A DNA stretch of 64,000 bases from Candidatus Poribacteria bacterium. GTDB lineage: Bacteria; Poribacteria; WGA-4E; PCPOR2b. Positions 9,910 to 18,956 of this stretch are shown here, one piece after another (the stretch's first letter is position 1; every line of letters begins with the position of its first letter). The stretch is from assembly GCA_965198175.1 (NCBI GenBank), contig OZ240245.1, forward strand, positions 1,984,001-2,048,000. Reading direction: 5' to 3'. Position numbers and translations under genes: made by a program. The notes under the pieces were generated by a model. The model was not told the origin of the DNA, did no database searches, and saw only the letters and a program-made list of their open reading frames with translations.

Positions 9910-10590
9910 TTAGCGGCACCCCCATAAGCGATAGCGGTCAACTGCGCCTGACTCGATAATGTTAGCCGGTAGGTTAGGCACATAATCCACGTCTTTCGCT
10001 TCGTGGATCAATACGGTAGGCGTGTCTAATTCGGCGGGATGCGGTTTCGCGTTAGGAAACAGGTTCTTGATGCGCTGGTCTACAGTCCAGGGTTGCGATA
10101 GTTCTTTAGCCTGTGCCTCGGTGATTGTAACCTCAGTCTGTTCCTCTACGTCACTGTCAGCTCCTCCCTCGGATCTTCCACCATGTTCATCCTCAGTACG
10201 TCCATCAGGGCGTTCGCTCCCTGTTCCGGTGTCTGTGCCTTCTCCAGTCTTGCTACTATCCCCGTCGGTATCTTGTCCGGACTCGTCAGAAGGTACTGTT
10301 GGGCTTGTTTCGGTGGCATCCCCATCAGGTCTCCCACCTTTATCTGGTACTCCTCCTGGTTCTCCAGTTGTTGTTCCTCCAGTATCCCCCACTCCAGAAG
10401 TCTCAGGCTGTGTAGTTGTGCCGGGTCGCTTTCCCCCCCCATCCCCTTCACCTGTTTCAGTAGTTCCCCCGCTTTCTGATTGAGGGGGTGTCGATTCAGT
10501 ATCTTTACCGCCTGGTTCCGTTTCTGTCTCCATTTCTGTATCTGTAGTTCTCGCTGCCCCATCTTGCCCTTTAGTGTGTTTTCCCTCAGA
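9910..10590 (-). pseudogene. Internal fragment of a Strawberry-notch (AAA_34)-type large mobile-element/phage protein gene
   Basis: Frame of ORF 9910..10689 gives a G/T/E/D-rich linker, then PNAKPHPAELDTPTVL...DYVPNLPANIIESGAV. This resembles the Strawberry-notch start (HP..LVE...Y.P.LP..I..G.LS..QLE) and is cut just before the QLE motif. Confidence 0.6.
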
Positions 10591-13500
10591 GGGACAATAC
10601 TCCTTTCTTCTAATGCACGCCATAGTCCCTCTAAAGCACGTACGCGATTCAGATAGAAGGCAGATTGGCGAACCCGGAAGAACTCCCAACCGCAGCGTTC
10701 CAACTGTCGCTGGCGAAACATGTCGGCTTCGTATTCATCAGGTCCGTGCCATGCATCGCCATCACACTCCACTGCTAAACGTGCATTTCCGCCCTCAATA
10801 ACGAGATCGATTCGCTTCGTGGCAACTTTGTACTGCGGTATGACGTTGAACCCTCTTCTCGCAATTTCCAACGCGACATCAAGTTCAAACCAACTTTCGA
10901 ATGGGGCCGGCGGATTGACGATGTGCCGGTTATTTTCTCTAGCCAGCCGTTCCAGTGTCGCTAAATCGATTCCATCAATCTGCTGCGGTGTAGTGTTTTC
11001 GAAGAATTCCAGCAAGCGACGTCTTAAGCACCTTTCGCTAAGGTCTTCACGTATGACTGAATGGAAAAGGTACATCTGATCTTTAGCGCGACTTGCGGCG
11101 ACGTTGAACCGTTGTTCATCGGTTACTCTTGCAAACGTTCCAATTCGCTCGTTTGTAGCGGCTACCAGTGATAGGAACATAATGTCACGCTCGTCACCCT
11201 GAAAACTGTACGGGTTACCGCACACCAACTTTCTTCGATTCATCTCTTCTACACCTAGTCGTTTTAACAGTTGTCTCTCAATCAAGCGCGCTTGTTCCGC
11301 GCCTTGCAGAACCACGACCCCCATAGTTTTATCGTCATATCGTCCAGTAGAATCATTGCATAACTCGAATATTTTTTCGACAATAGCCTCGGCTTCCGGG
11401 CGATTTATTACGCGGTTTCCCGAACCCTCTCGATAGCCGCCACTTACAAACACACGCTCAAGGGGGACCAATCGATTTGGCCCATATTGTCTCAAGGGAA
11501 TCAACGGTGTATCGGAATAACAGAGATTGTTGCTGAAGCTTATTATTTCGGGCATACATCGAAAATGCTCGCGCAACGTGATGTGCTGCGATCCATATCG
11601 TAGTTTGCCGTGGTCGAAAATACTGCTCTCAACACGGAAGGCTGCCTTGAATTCGTAATCGTAGAGAAATTCTTCAGTTAGGTGATTCACAGCGTCGCGG
11701 GGTAGCCCCACGGCCTCCGGGCTAATCTGTTTGTCGTCGCCCACAATCAACATCTTCTTTCCAAGATAGAACAGTGGAATTGCCTCGATTCCGCATTGTG
11801 ACGCTTCGTCAACAATGACAACATCATACATCCCCGGCGCTGCGACCGCCGTGTCCCAAACGCGATGTAATGGCATGACCCACGCAGGCACCGCTTTATA
11901 GAACTGCTCGAAGTGTTTTTGTGCTGTACGCAGTTTTTCTGCCGCGCGGGGTCCCGTGCCTTTTCCATAATGTCGCATTGCCTGGCACCATGCTTCCATA
12001 TGACGCCGATGATATTCAGTCAAACGCGAGAAAAAGAACGACCAAGCACGCCGTTCGGCAAGTTGAGCAACTACGGCGTTAATTTCGTCTTCAATTTGCT
12101 TGGCTCGCCGAGCAAGCGCCGGGGCATCTTCTTCGGCGATGAAGTCTTCAACCCAAAATCTAGCATACGCCCAATGCCAAGCGTTCTCAATTTTTCCTAA
12201 TCGCTCATCCCAATACGAGTCATTACACGTTCGCACAAATTCATCCATTAGCTTCGGCAAATGCTGGCGTAATGCTGACAGATACATATTTAGTTCTCGA
12301 ACGTGTTCTTGTTCGTCACGCAAGTTTTGTAGCTTGTTTGCAATTGTTGCAACACTGACCGTATTGCGTTCGCGAATTGCATCGAGTAGGTTGCGGGTTA
12401 ACGGGTGTGCGTTACTATTGGCGGCGAGTGATTCAATCGAATTTTCAATTTTCCGAATCTCATGTTCACGCGTTCGCCTATGTTGACGGGCAAGCGCAAA
12501 ACGACAAGATGCGATCAGCGTTTCGACCTGTGATTCATCAAGCCAAATCGGTTCGTGGATTGCCGGATACTGGCGAATTATCTCGCGGCACTTATTGGTT
12601 AGCTCCTCAAGCGACAATGCCTTTTCAAGAGCGTCGCCTAACCTCTTGAGTTCAAGCATTTGTAGTTGGAAAGGTCCTTGAGGTTTTTCGGCGCGTCCTA
12701 GCCAGAAACCCCATGCCTTCTCACATTCGCGGCGAACTCTTAATGCCATTTCCAAGTCCTGAAAATCTTGAAGTGTAGAGGGCCGTCTACCATTGACGCG
12801 AATTTTCTTGATTAATCGACGATTCTTTACGATTGGCTCCGGCAGGATGCAGAACAATGTGAGTTTGCCGCCATTTCTGAGGTGAAGTAGAAGCTCGGTA
12901 GACGCCTGATGCAGTGAGTTGAGATTGATTTCCTTAGGGTTATTTATATCAGTGTTATCGGCGACTTCAGCCAGCGGCTCAATTGTGGTTAATGTATGCT
13001 TCGTAGCCTCCAAAATCTGGCGCCATGAATCGGTATTGCCTGCTATGGCGTCACGTACTACCCCCTCCATCCATGAATATGCCAACGCCATCAAATTTCG
13101 GCGCATATCGAGAAACTGATTGAGCGTGTCTCGAATGCTTTCAATATCGGCGCCAGTCTGACTTGACAATACAGCCGCCACACGTTCATCCGCGCCGTTC
13201 TCAGCAATGTTTTCTTCTTCAATTGCCTTCGCCTCGTTCTCAACGAGGTTTTCCCACAACGTTGAGGAAGGCAAGTTGTCTGGCAAATCAAGTTCTAATT
13301 CCTGCCGTTTTTCCGGTGTAAAATACCGTAACGCCTTGAGGATTCTATGCAAATCATCGTCGCTGGTTGGGCAGGTTCTGTCTTCAGTTACGTCGTCTTT
13401 AAACCATTTATAGGCGTTCCTATGCCTGTTGACAGCCTCTGCAATTTCGGTAGCGGTCCCTGAATAAGTGCCCTCCGCTATAGATCTCGCCTGAGTTTCA

Positions 13501-15047
13501 GATTCGCGAATGTCGCGAAGCCGACGGTCGATCTTTGCCTTTTCCTCTCGCAATTTACGAATATTCGTCTTAAGTTGTTCGCATTCACGGCGCGATCTGT
13601 CTTGGTTCCACGTATCATGTTTATGATGTATTTTTTTGACGCTAGTTTCTAGAGAACCACCTTTTCCGAGACCTTCGTCAATGAGGTTGATACATAGAGC
13701 GCGCAATTTTTCTGGAACAAGTTCTTCAAGCACTTTAAGCGCTCGCGGCGTCTTGGCGGTAATGAGTACCCGTTGTCCCGTGGCGAGTAGATGGCAAATC
13801 AGATTCGCAATGGTGTGTGACTTCCCAGTTCCAGGCGGTCCTTGGACGACTACGCCGTTTGTTGAACTGATTTTTTTCACGATATCGCGTTGTTCTTCAT
13901 TTGATGGCTTTGGGAAGAACACTTCGTCATCAAACTCCGAATCTGTTTGGCATGACTCACCGTTGGTGTGTTGATCGTTTGTCAATGGAATCTCGGCAAG
14001 GTCGCGAAATTCGTTAGGAATGTCCTCTCCGGTTTTAATTTCTTCTCTGATGCGTTTGAGCGTATCCGTGAGCCCTTTGACGGAGCGTTTTCTCAGAATC
14101 AAGGCCGGCGCATAAACAACGACTGGATTATCACGAAATGGTATGTCAGTAGCATTCAGCGAACCGCCAAATCTACCGTGGGTATCAAACGAGTGTACAA
14201 GCGATTTCAGCACCCCGTCAACTATCTCTATTTCCCAAGGATCGTCGCTTCCTTTTAGCGCATTTATCGCCACTGTTTCGGCATTTGGGGGGCACTCTTC
14301 AGCGTCCAGCATGTCGAGTTCCGGTCGAAGTTTCGCGCCTTCTGCATGCGGCCTAACAGTAAACTTTCCCATTTTCGTTTCAAACTTAAGCATGGCATTT
14401 GAAACGAGTAAGTGCCGTCGGATGTGTTGTCCGGAAGGCGATCGCCAAATGAGAAGACCTAAACTAAGCACCAATTCGTATTCCTCACCTAGCCGGCTCT
14501 GTTCGCGATCAATTGCAAAGAGATGCGAATATACTTTGTGGATCGACGCCCATGCCTTATAATCTGCCGCCCAATTTAGCCACTTACTTTCAACATACGA
14601 GTCCCATGCCTTCTGCACCTCCGGGTAATCTTCAAGGCGCTTGGTGTGTGGGATTGGTTCCGGTTGTTCTGAATCTTCGCTCCTATCTGGGTTATCAATC
14701 AGTACGGTGATTTCGGGTAATATCTCAGGTAAATCGCTCGTGTTGCGTAGCGATTCAATGTTGACCCAGTCTTGGCAAAGATCTGGAACAGTGGGTAAAT
14801 CGGGCTCATTCGGTCTCTGGATTTCAATCCAGATGTCAGCACCATGATTCTCATCACGTCCCCACGCCTGTGTAAAACATCCCTTCTGGCGTGGAACATC
14901 GTTTAGCCAAAGCACACTTTGGTAATCATCAACATTCCTCACAACCTTCGATCGCAACAGGGCAATCCGTGTCAAATAATCGACAAGGCGAATTGCCTTT
15001 TCTCGCTCGGCACTGTCTGTTATTGGATTGTTCAAAGAATCGCTCAC
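10146..15047 (-). CDS. Large SF1 (Upf1/DNA2-like) helicase with C-terminal Vsr/DUF559/MTES_1575-like PD-(D/E)xK nuclease, plus 138-aa foreign tail
   Basis: GPPGTGKS, DEASQ, GDDKQ, EHFRC, FQGDERD, RFNVAASRA; nuclease FESWFE...RIDLVI...LAVECDG.AWH...D..RQRQLERCGWEFFRVR; long coiled-coil/helical insert. Confidence 0.9.
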   Translation of the reverse strand: MSDSLNNPITDSAEREKAIRLVDYLTRIALLRSKVVRNVDDYQSVLWLNDVPRQKGCFTQAWGRDENHGADIWIEIQRPNEPDLPTVPDLCQDWVNIESLRNTSDLPEILPEITVLIDNPDRSEDSEQPEPIPHTKRLEDYPEVQKAWDSYVESKWLNWAADYKAWASIHKVYSHLFAIDREQSRLGEEYELVLSLGLLIWRSPSGQHIRRHLLVSNAMLKFETKMGKFTVRPHAEGAKLRPELDMLDAEECPPNAETVAINALKGSDDPWEIEIVDGVLKSLVHSFDTHGRFGGSLNATDIPFRDNPVVVYAPALILRKRSVKGLTDTLKRIREEIKTGEDIPNEFRDLAEIPLTNDQHTNGESCQTDSEFDDEVFFPKPSNEEQRDIVKKISSTNGVVVQGPPGTGKSHTIANLICHLLATGQRVLITAKTPRALKVLEELVPEKLRALCINLIDEGLGKGGSLETSVKKIHHKHDTWNQDRSRRECEQLKTNIRKLREEKAKIDRRLRDIRESETQARSIAEGTYSGTATEIAEAVNRHRNAYKWFKDDVTEDRTCPTSDDDLHRILKALRYFTPEKRQELELDLPDNLPSSTLWENLVENEAKAIEEENIAENGADERVAAVLSSQTGADIESIRDTLNQFLDMRRNLMALAYSWMEGVVRDAIAGNTDSWRQILEATKHTLTTIEPLAEVADNTDINNPKEINLNSLHQASTELLLHLRNGGKLTLFCILPEPIVKNRRLIKKIRVNGRRPSTLQDFQDLEMALRVRRECEKAWGFWLGRAEKPQGPFQLQMLELKRLGDALEKALSLEELTNKCREIIRQYPAIHEPIWLDESQVETLIASCRFALARQHRRTREHEIRKIENSIESLAANSNAHPLTRNLLDAIRERNTVSVATIANKLQNLRDEQEHVRELNMYLSALRQHLPKLMDEFVRTCNDSYWDERLGKIENAWHWAYARFWVEDFIAEEDAPALARRAKQIEDEINAVVAQLAERRAWSFFFSRLTEYHRRHMEAWCQAMRHYGKGTGPRAAEKLRTAQKHFEQFYKAVPAWVMPLHRVWDTAVAAPGMYDVVIVDEASQCGIEAIPLFYLGKKMLIVGDDKQISPEAVGLPRDAVNHLTEEFLYDYEFKAAFRVESSIFDHGKLRYGSQHITLREHFRCMPEIISFSNNLCYSDTPLIPLRQYGPNRLVPLERVFVSGGYREGSGNRVINRPEAEAIVEKIFELCNDSTGRYDDKTMGVVVLQGAEQARLIERQLLKRLGVEEMNRRKLVCGNPYSFQGDERDIMFLSLVAATNERIGTFARVTDEQRFNVAASRAKDQMYLFHSVIREDLSERCLRRRLLEFFENTTPQQIDGIDLATLERLARENNRHIVNPPAPFESWFELDVALEIARRGFNVIPQYKVATKRIDLVIEGGNARLAVECDGDAWHGPDEYEADMFRQRQLERCGWEFFRVRQSAFYLNRVRALEGLWRALEERSIVPLRENTLKGKMGQRELQIQKWRQKRNQAVKILNRHPLNQKAGELLKQVKGMGGESDPAQLHSLRLLEWGILEEQQLENQEEYQIKVGDLMGMPPKQAQQYLLTSPDKIPTGIVARLEKAQTPEQGANALMDVLRMNMVEDPREELTVT

Positions 15048-15148
15048 GTTTTCTGGTTGATGTGTTAGGCAACTTTGCCGGAGAATGATACTTTATTCTT
15101 CGGAAGTATGTCTTAATGGCTTGAAGGATGGATTTCGACGAGGTAAAC

Positions 15149-15183
15149 CCCGCACCGTGGGCGAATACAATCCACGGTGCGGG
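15149..15183 (-). terminator. Hairpin terminator between flotillin operon and helicase gene
   Basis: 12-bp stem CCCGCACCGTGG/CCACGGTGCGGG followed by GTTT on the minus strand. Confidence 0.6.
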
Positions 15184-15218
15184 CAATGAATCTCAACGAA
15201 TCAGCCTCTAGAGAATAT

Positions 15219-16466
15219 CTAGCTTTCCTGTTGAGAAACTGTAGCAGCGGCAGCGGCGAGCGCTTCTTCGACCCGACGATTTGTCTCCGCATCAATGGCG
15301 TTCGGGTGAATGGCAGAGATTGGACCATCTTGATGAAGGTCGCCAGCGATGACAGTAATCTGATCGACAGGAAACAAATCAAGCGTTTGTGCAAACGGTT
15401 CGATTAAATCCTCAAACTTCTCAATGATGTAGGTTGTCAACCCCTGATCACCCGCCGATCGGAGGATTTCGATGGTTCGCTTAAGTTGGGTGAGTTCGGC
15501 TTGCGCCTGTCCTCGTATTGTCGCAGCTTGGGCTTCTGCCTCTTGAATCATCTTCTCCTTTGTGGCAGCCGCAGGGACGATGGTATCCGCCTCACACCTT
15601 GCCCGCACCATCTCAATACGCTGTTTTTCAGCTTCAATCTGCGCTTGGATTCCCGCGACCTCAGAGTCTGCGTTACGGGTTTCTTCCTGCACATCAATGG
15701 CACCGCGCTGATTTTCTTCAGCCATCTTGACTTTTGCCTCTGCGTCAATCCGCTGATGCTCGTTTTCAAGTTCACGCACAGAAACTTCAGCTCGACGTTC
15801 CTCCGCCTGCTCTTTTGCTGCGGCACGTGCATTCGCTTGTGCTTCGCGGGACTGTGTTTCGGCATCGGCAGTTTGTATCCGCTTGAGTAACGCGATATAC
15901 AGATCGGGCTCTTCAACCCCTTTGAGCCGATGATCGTCCACGTCAGCGATATTCATCGTGGTGATTTCCAGACCGATGCCTTCTAGATCGGATTTGCAGA
16001 CTCTGATCATGTTCTGGATAAGCTGGTCCTTTTGGCTCATCACCTCTTCGGGCGTCATTGCTGCAATGGAGTCGCGCAGATGTCCTTCAATGATAGAGGT
16101 GGCAATCGCTTGGAGATCATTCCAGTTCCTGGTCATGTTCAGGATGCGCTTGACCGCATTGACGAGCCCCTTCTCTGTCTTCGCCACGGCATAACTGACA
16201 GTTGCCTTAACGGTTAAGGGGACAATTCCCTCGGCGATGGCGGACTCCACAACAACCGTCGTCGTTTGGGGGGTTAGATCCATGGTGCTAAAACGGTTGA
16301 TGAGTGGAAACACGAAAACACGCCCGCCTCGGAACATGCTGAAACTACCGCCTTTACCGTGCACCACTCCAAGTTGGCTCGGGGGTATGAGCTTCATCTT
16401 CATTACAAGTTGAAGAATTAGCGTAACGAAGATGAGTAGGCCGAGTGTAATGAGGAAGAGTATCAT
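15219..16466 (-). CDS. SPFH/flotillin family protein
   Basis: N-terminal TM, GGRVFVFP, IEGHLR..IA.MTPEE, DLEGIGLEITTMNI.DV.D, Ala/Glu coiled coil; ATGA overlap with the upstream flotillin. Confidence 0.9.
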   Translation of the reverse strand: MILFLITLGLLIFVTLILQLVMKMKLIPPSQLGVVHGKGGSFSMFRGGRVFVFPLINRFSTMDLTPQTTTVVVESAIAEGIVPLTVKATVSYAVAKTEKGLVNAVKRILNMTRNWNDLQAIATSIIEGHLRDSIAAMTPEEVMSQKDQLIQNMIRVCKSDLEGIGLEITTMNIADVDDHRLKGVEEPDLYIALLKRIQTADAETQSREAQANARAAAKEQAEERRAEVSVRELENEHQRIDAEAKVKMAEENQRGAIDVQEETRNADSEVAGIQAQIEAEKQRIEMVRARCEADTIVPAAATKEKMIQEAEAQAATIRGQAQAELTQLKRTIEILRSAGDQGLTTYIIEKFEDLIEPFAQTLDLFPVDQITVIAGDLHQDGPISAIHPNAIDAETNRRVEEALAAAAATVSQQES

Positions 16467-17929
16467 GATACACCTCCTTCTTGGATTGTCGCAGATTCCG
16501 TGGTGGGGGGATTTTCTGCCGCTTTCTGGGTGATGAGGTGCTTTACACTAATCCCAAAGCCCTGCTCAAAGCGTTTCAAGAAATCGACAAATGCCGCAGG
16601 ACCTCGATTGACAGCGCTATTGAAGCCATCTTCTTCGTTGAGCACTAGCAGGTTATCAACCTTCAATGACTTCGCGTGTGTGCGATACGCGTCGAAGAGG
16701 TGTGGCAACTGCGTGATGAACAACGCGATTTTGCCCGTATCTCCGGTGTCCTTGAGTAAATCCACTTTCTGTTGAAGAAGCCCATTTTCTGTCTGTTGAA
16801 CAACCTCAACCGCTTTTGCCTCGCCTTCTGCAAGAATTTCCGCGGCGCGGCGCTTGGCTTCAGCCTCCACAATAACCTCAGAGCTGTTCTTCAACTTTTG
16901 AAGTTCCGCTGTGACCTCTTCTATCCGACGTTGCCCCGTGCTGCTCGCTTTGACGGTGGCACTATCCGCCTCAAGCTTTGCGCGGTGGATTGCTGCGTCA
17001 CATTGGCGGCGAAACAGTTCAACGTCTTGTCGGGCTTGAAGGATTTTCTCTGTGGCACGATTTTCATCCACTAACATGCGACGTTTTGAATCAGATTCGG
17101 TGCGCTCGGCACGCGCTTGCAGACGTGCTTCCTCGATTTCTACCTCCTGACGTTTGCGCGAAAGGGTTTTGTTCGCAAGATTCGCGATGTAGTTGGATGT
17201 ATCCCAAATCCGTTGGAGCGATACTGAGACCACATTCATACCAAAGGCGCTCAAGTCCTCACGACAATCCTCAAGCAACAGATGTCGGAAGATTGCCCGA
17301 TCGCCGTCTTTCGTTTGGGGCGTTTCGGCTGAAGGTTCATTGTCCGCTCCTTGCGCACGATCAGCTAAATTCTCTTCCGAAGACAACTGAGTGGTCGTAG
17401 CGGCTGACTCAGTCGATTCTGGCTGCTCTATGCTGTCTACGCTCTCGTCCATGCCGATTGCCTGCAACGGCGTGGTTTTGTTGAGCGTAGCGCGAAAGTT
17501 GCCAATCATCGTCTGCTGAATCTGTTCTTGGATCTGCACACGCGATTTTCCGAGCAGTTGTTGCACAGCGCTGTAGAGTAACACCTTGTCCATGTCGTCA
17601 ATGCAGACACACGCCGTTGCGTCAGATCCGACGGTGATACCATTTGCAGAATTCACATTATCAACCTGTACGTTGATTGGGATGATTGTGATATCAATGA
17701 ATTGGGCGCTCTGAATGAATGGAATGACGAAAGTCCATCCGCCTTTTTGGAGACGGAAGCCGTATTTTTTGCCTTCAACGACGGTTTCTACTCCTCCAGT
17801 AACGACAAGTATGTGGTTAGATGGACAGACACGAATCAAAGCGCGCAGTCCCGCAATCAATACGAGGAATACAATGAGCGCGAGAACACCGCCGACAATG
17901 CCACCGCCCTGAGTAATGATTTCTTCCAT
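16463..17929 (-). CDS. SPFH/flotillin family protein
   Basis: TM, then CPSNHILVVTG, GGWTFVIPFIQ, EDLSAFGMNVVSVSLQRIWD, Ala/Glu coiled coil (EAEA, EGEA). Confidence 0.9.
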   Translation of the reverse strand: MEEIITQGGGIVGGVLALIVFLVLIAGLRALIRVCPSNHILVVTGGVETVVEGKKYGFRLQKGGWTFVIPFIQSAQFIDITIIPINVQVDNVNSANGITVGSDATACVCIDDMDKVLLYSAVQQLLGKSRVQIQEQIQQTMIGNFRATLNKTTPLQAIGMDESVDSIEQPESTESAATTTQLSSEENLADRAQGADNEPSAETPQTKDGDRAIFRHLLLEDCREDLSAFGMNVVSVSLQRIWDTSNYIANLANKTLSRKRQEVEIEEARLQARAERTESDSKRRMLVDENRATEKILQARQDVELFRRQCDAAIHRAKLEADSATVKASSTGQRRIEEVTAELQKLKNSSEVIVEAEAKRRAAEILAEGEAKAVEVVQQTENGLLQQKVDLLKDTGDTGKIALFITQLPHLFDAYRTHAKSLKVDNLLVLNEEDGFNSAVNRGPAAFVDFLKRFEQGFGISVKHLITQKAAENPPTTESATIQEGGVS

Positions 17930-17935
17930 TATTAT

Positions 17936-18604
17936 TTACTCCTTTGTTATTTGTTCGTGCTCAACGTACACACACTCCGGGGTAACGTTGGTCACCCAAA
18001 CCGTATCCCCTTTCTCAAACTGGGTATTTGGTTCGGCAGCCAGCGCGTATTGTTCGGTCACATTCATACCGACCCGCACCCGCACTTTGCCCATCGTGTC
18101 GTGTGTTAGTGGAACGATAACCGTTGCTTGCTGGAAATACAGTTCTTCTGATTGTAGGGATGAATCCGTATCGGTGCGCTGGAAACGGAAGAACGCTCGT
18201 GCCAACACAAAGGCAGCCATCCCAGCTGGCACCGCCCAGATTAGACTCTTTCCCGCACTATTTCCCATTGCGATAGCTGCCCAGCCAGTAGGTCCAAAAC
18301 CGAGACAGAAATAGACGAGGCTGCGCAGATAAGAGAGCACAGACAGTACAGCTACCCTGCCGGTTGGGTGAGTGATGTCCGCGGGTGCTGTTTGCCCGGT
18401 GTGAGCATCATCTGGCGGGAAATCGCTGTCGAAGTTCATATTTCCGTGCTCAACTTCGCTTCCTTGCACATCGCCTGCATCGTGCCCGTCCGCAATGTCC
18501 TCACCACCATCTTGACTTCCACTTAGAAATCCAAGGAAATCAAGGACTGTAATACTCACGGAAAACAGGGTACAACCGATGTAAACGCTATTTAGCCAGA
18601 CCAT
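17936..18604 (-). CDS. NfeD-like membrane protein (short type, C-terminal OB fold)
   Basis: N-terminal TM, His/Asp-rich loop, further TMs, OB-like ATVIVPL...GKVRV...EKGDTVWV; RBS AGGAGG; canonical neighbour of flotillins. Confidence 0.8.
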   Translation of the reverse strand: MVWLNSVYIGCTLFSVSITVLDFLGFLSGSQDGGEDIADGHDAGDVQGSEVEHGNMNFDSDFPPDDAHTGQTAPADITHPTGRVAVLSVLSYLRSLVYFCLGFGPTGWAAIAMGNSAGKSLIWAVPAGMAAFVLARAFFRFQRTDTDSSLQSEELYFQQATVIVPLTHDTMGKVRVRVGMNVTEQYALAAEPNTQFEKGDTVWVTNVTPECVYVEHEQITKE

Positions 18605-18749
18605 CGGACACCTCCTTGTAACGGGGAAGTTGGAGTGATGGGGGTAGATGCTTATGCTGCTCTCGGAATACCTTAATGGTTTGCAGTCCTGCTTTGTATC
18701 AGCCAGTAACTTTGACTACTGAGCACCACTCATGATATCCATCGAGGCA

Positions 18750-18778
18750 AGATTAACACAAGAATCTAAATGTGTCAA
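18750..18778 (-). promoter_or_regulatory. sigma70-type promoter for nfeD-flotillin operon
   Basis: TTGACA-17-TAATCT on the minus strand. Confidence 0.6.
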
Positions 18779-18956
18779 GCATTCTAAGGCGATGCAGCGC
18801 ACGATTTTACCACCCTATAGGGTTGTGGGGTCTTGTGGCAACGGGGATAAGGGAAGGTAGGAGAGAAGAGAGGGAATAGCAGAGGCATATTGATGTATAC
18901 CCCTGAAAAAGAGAGATTGCTTATCACGAGTCGAATTTTATACTTTTCGAGCGATT

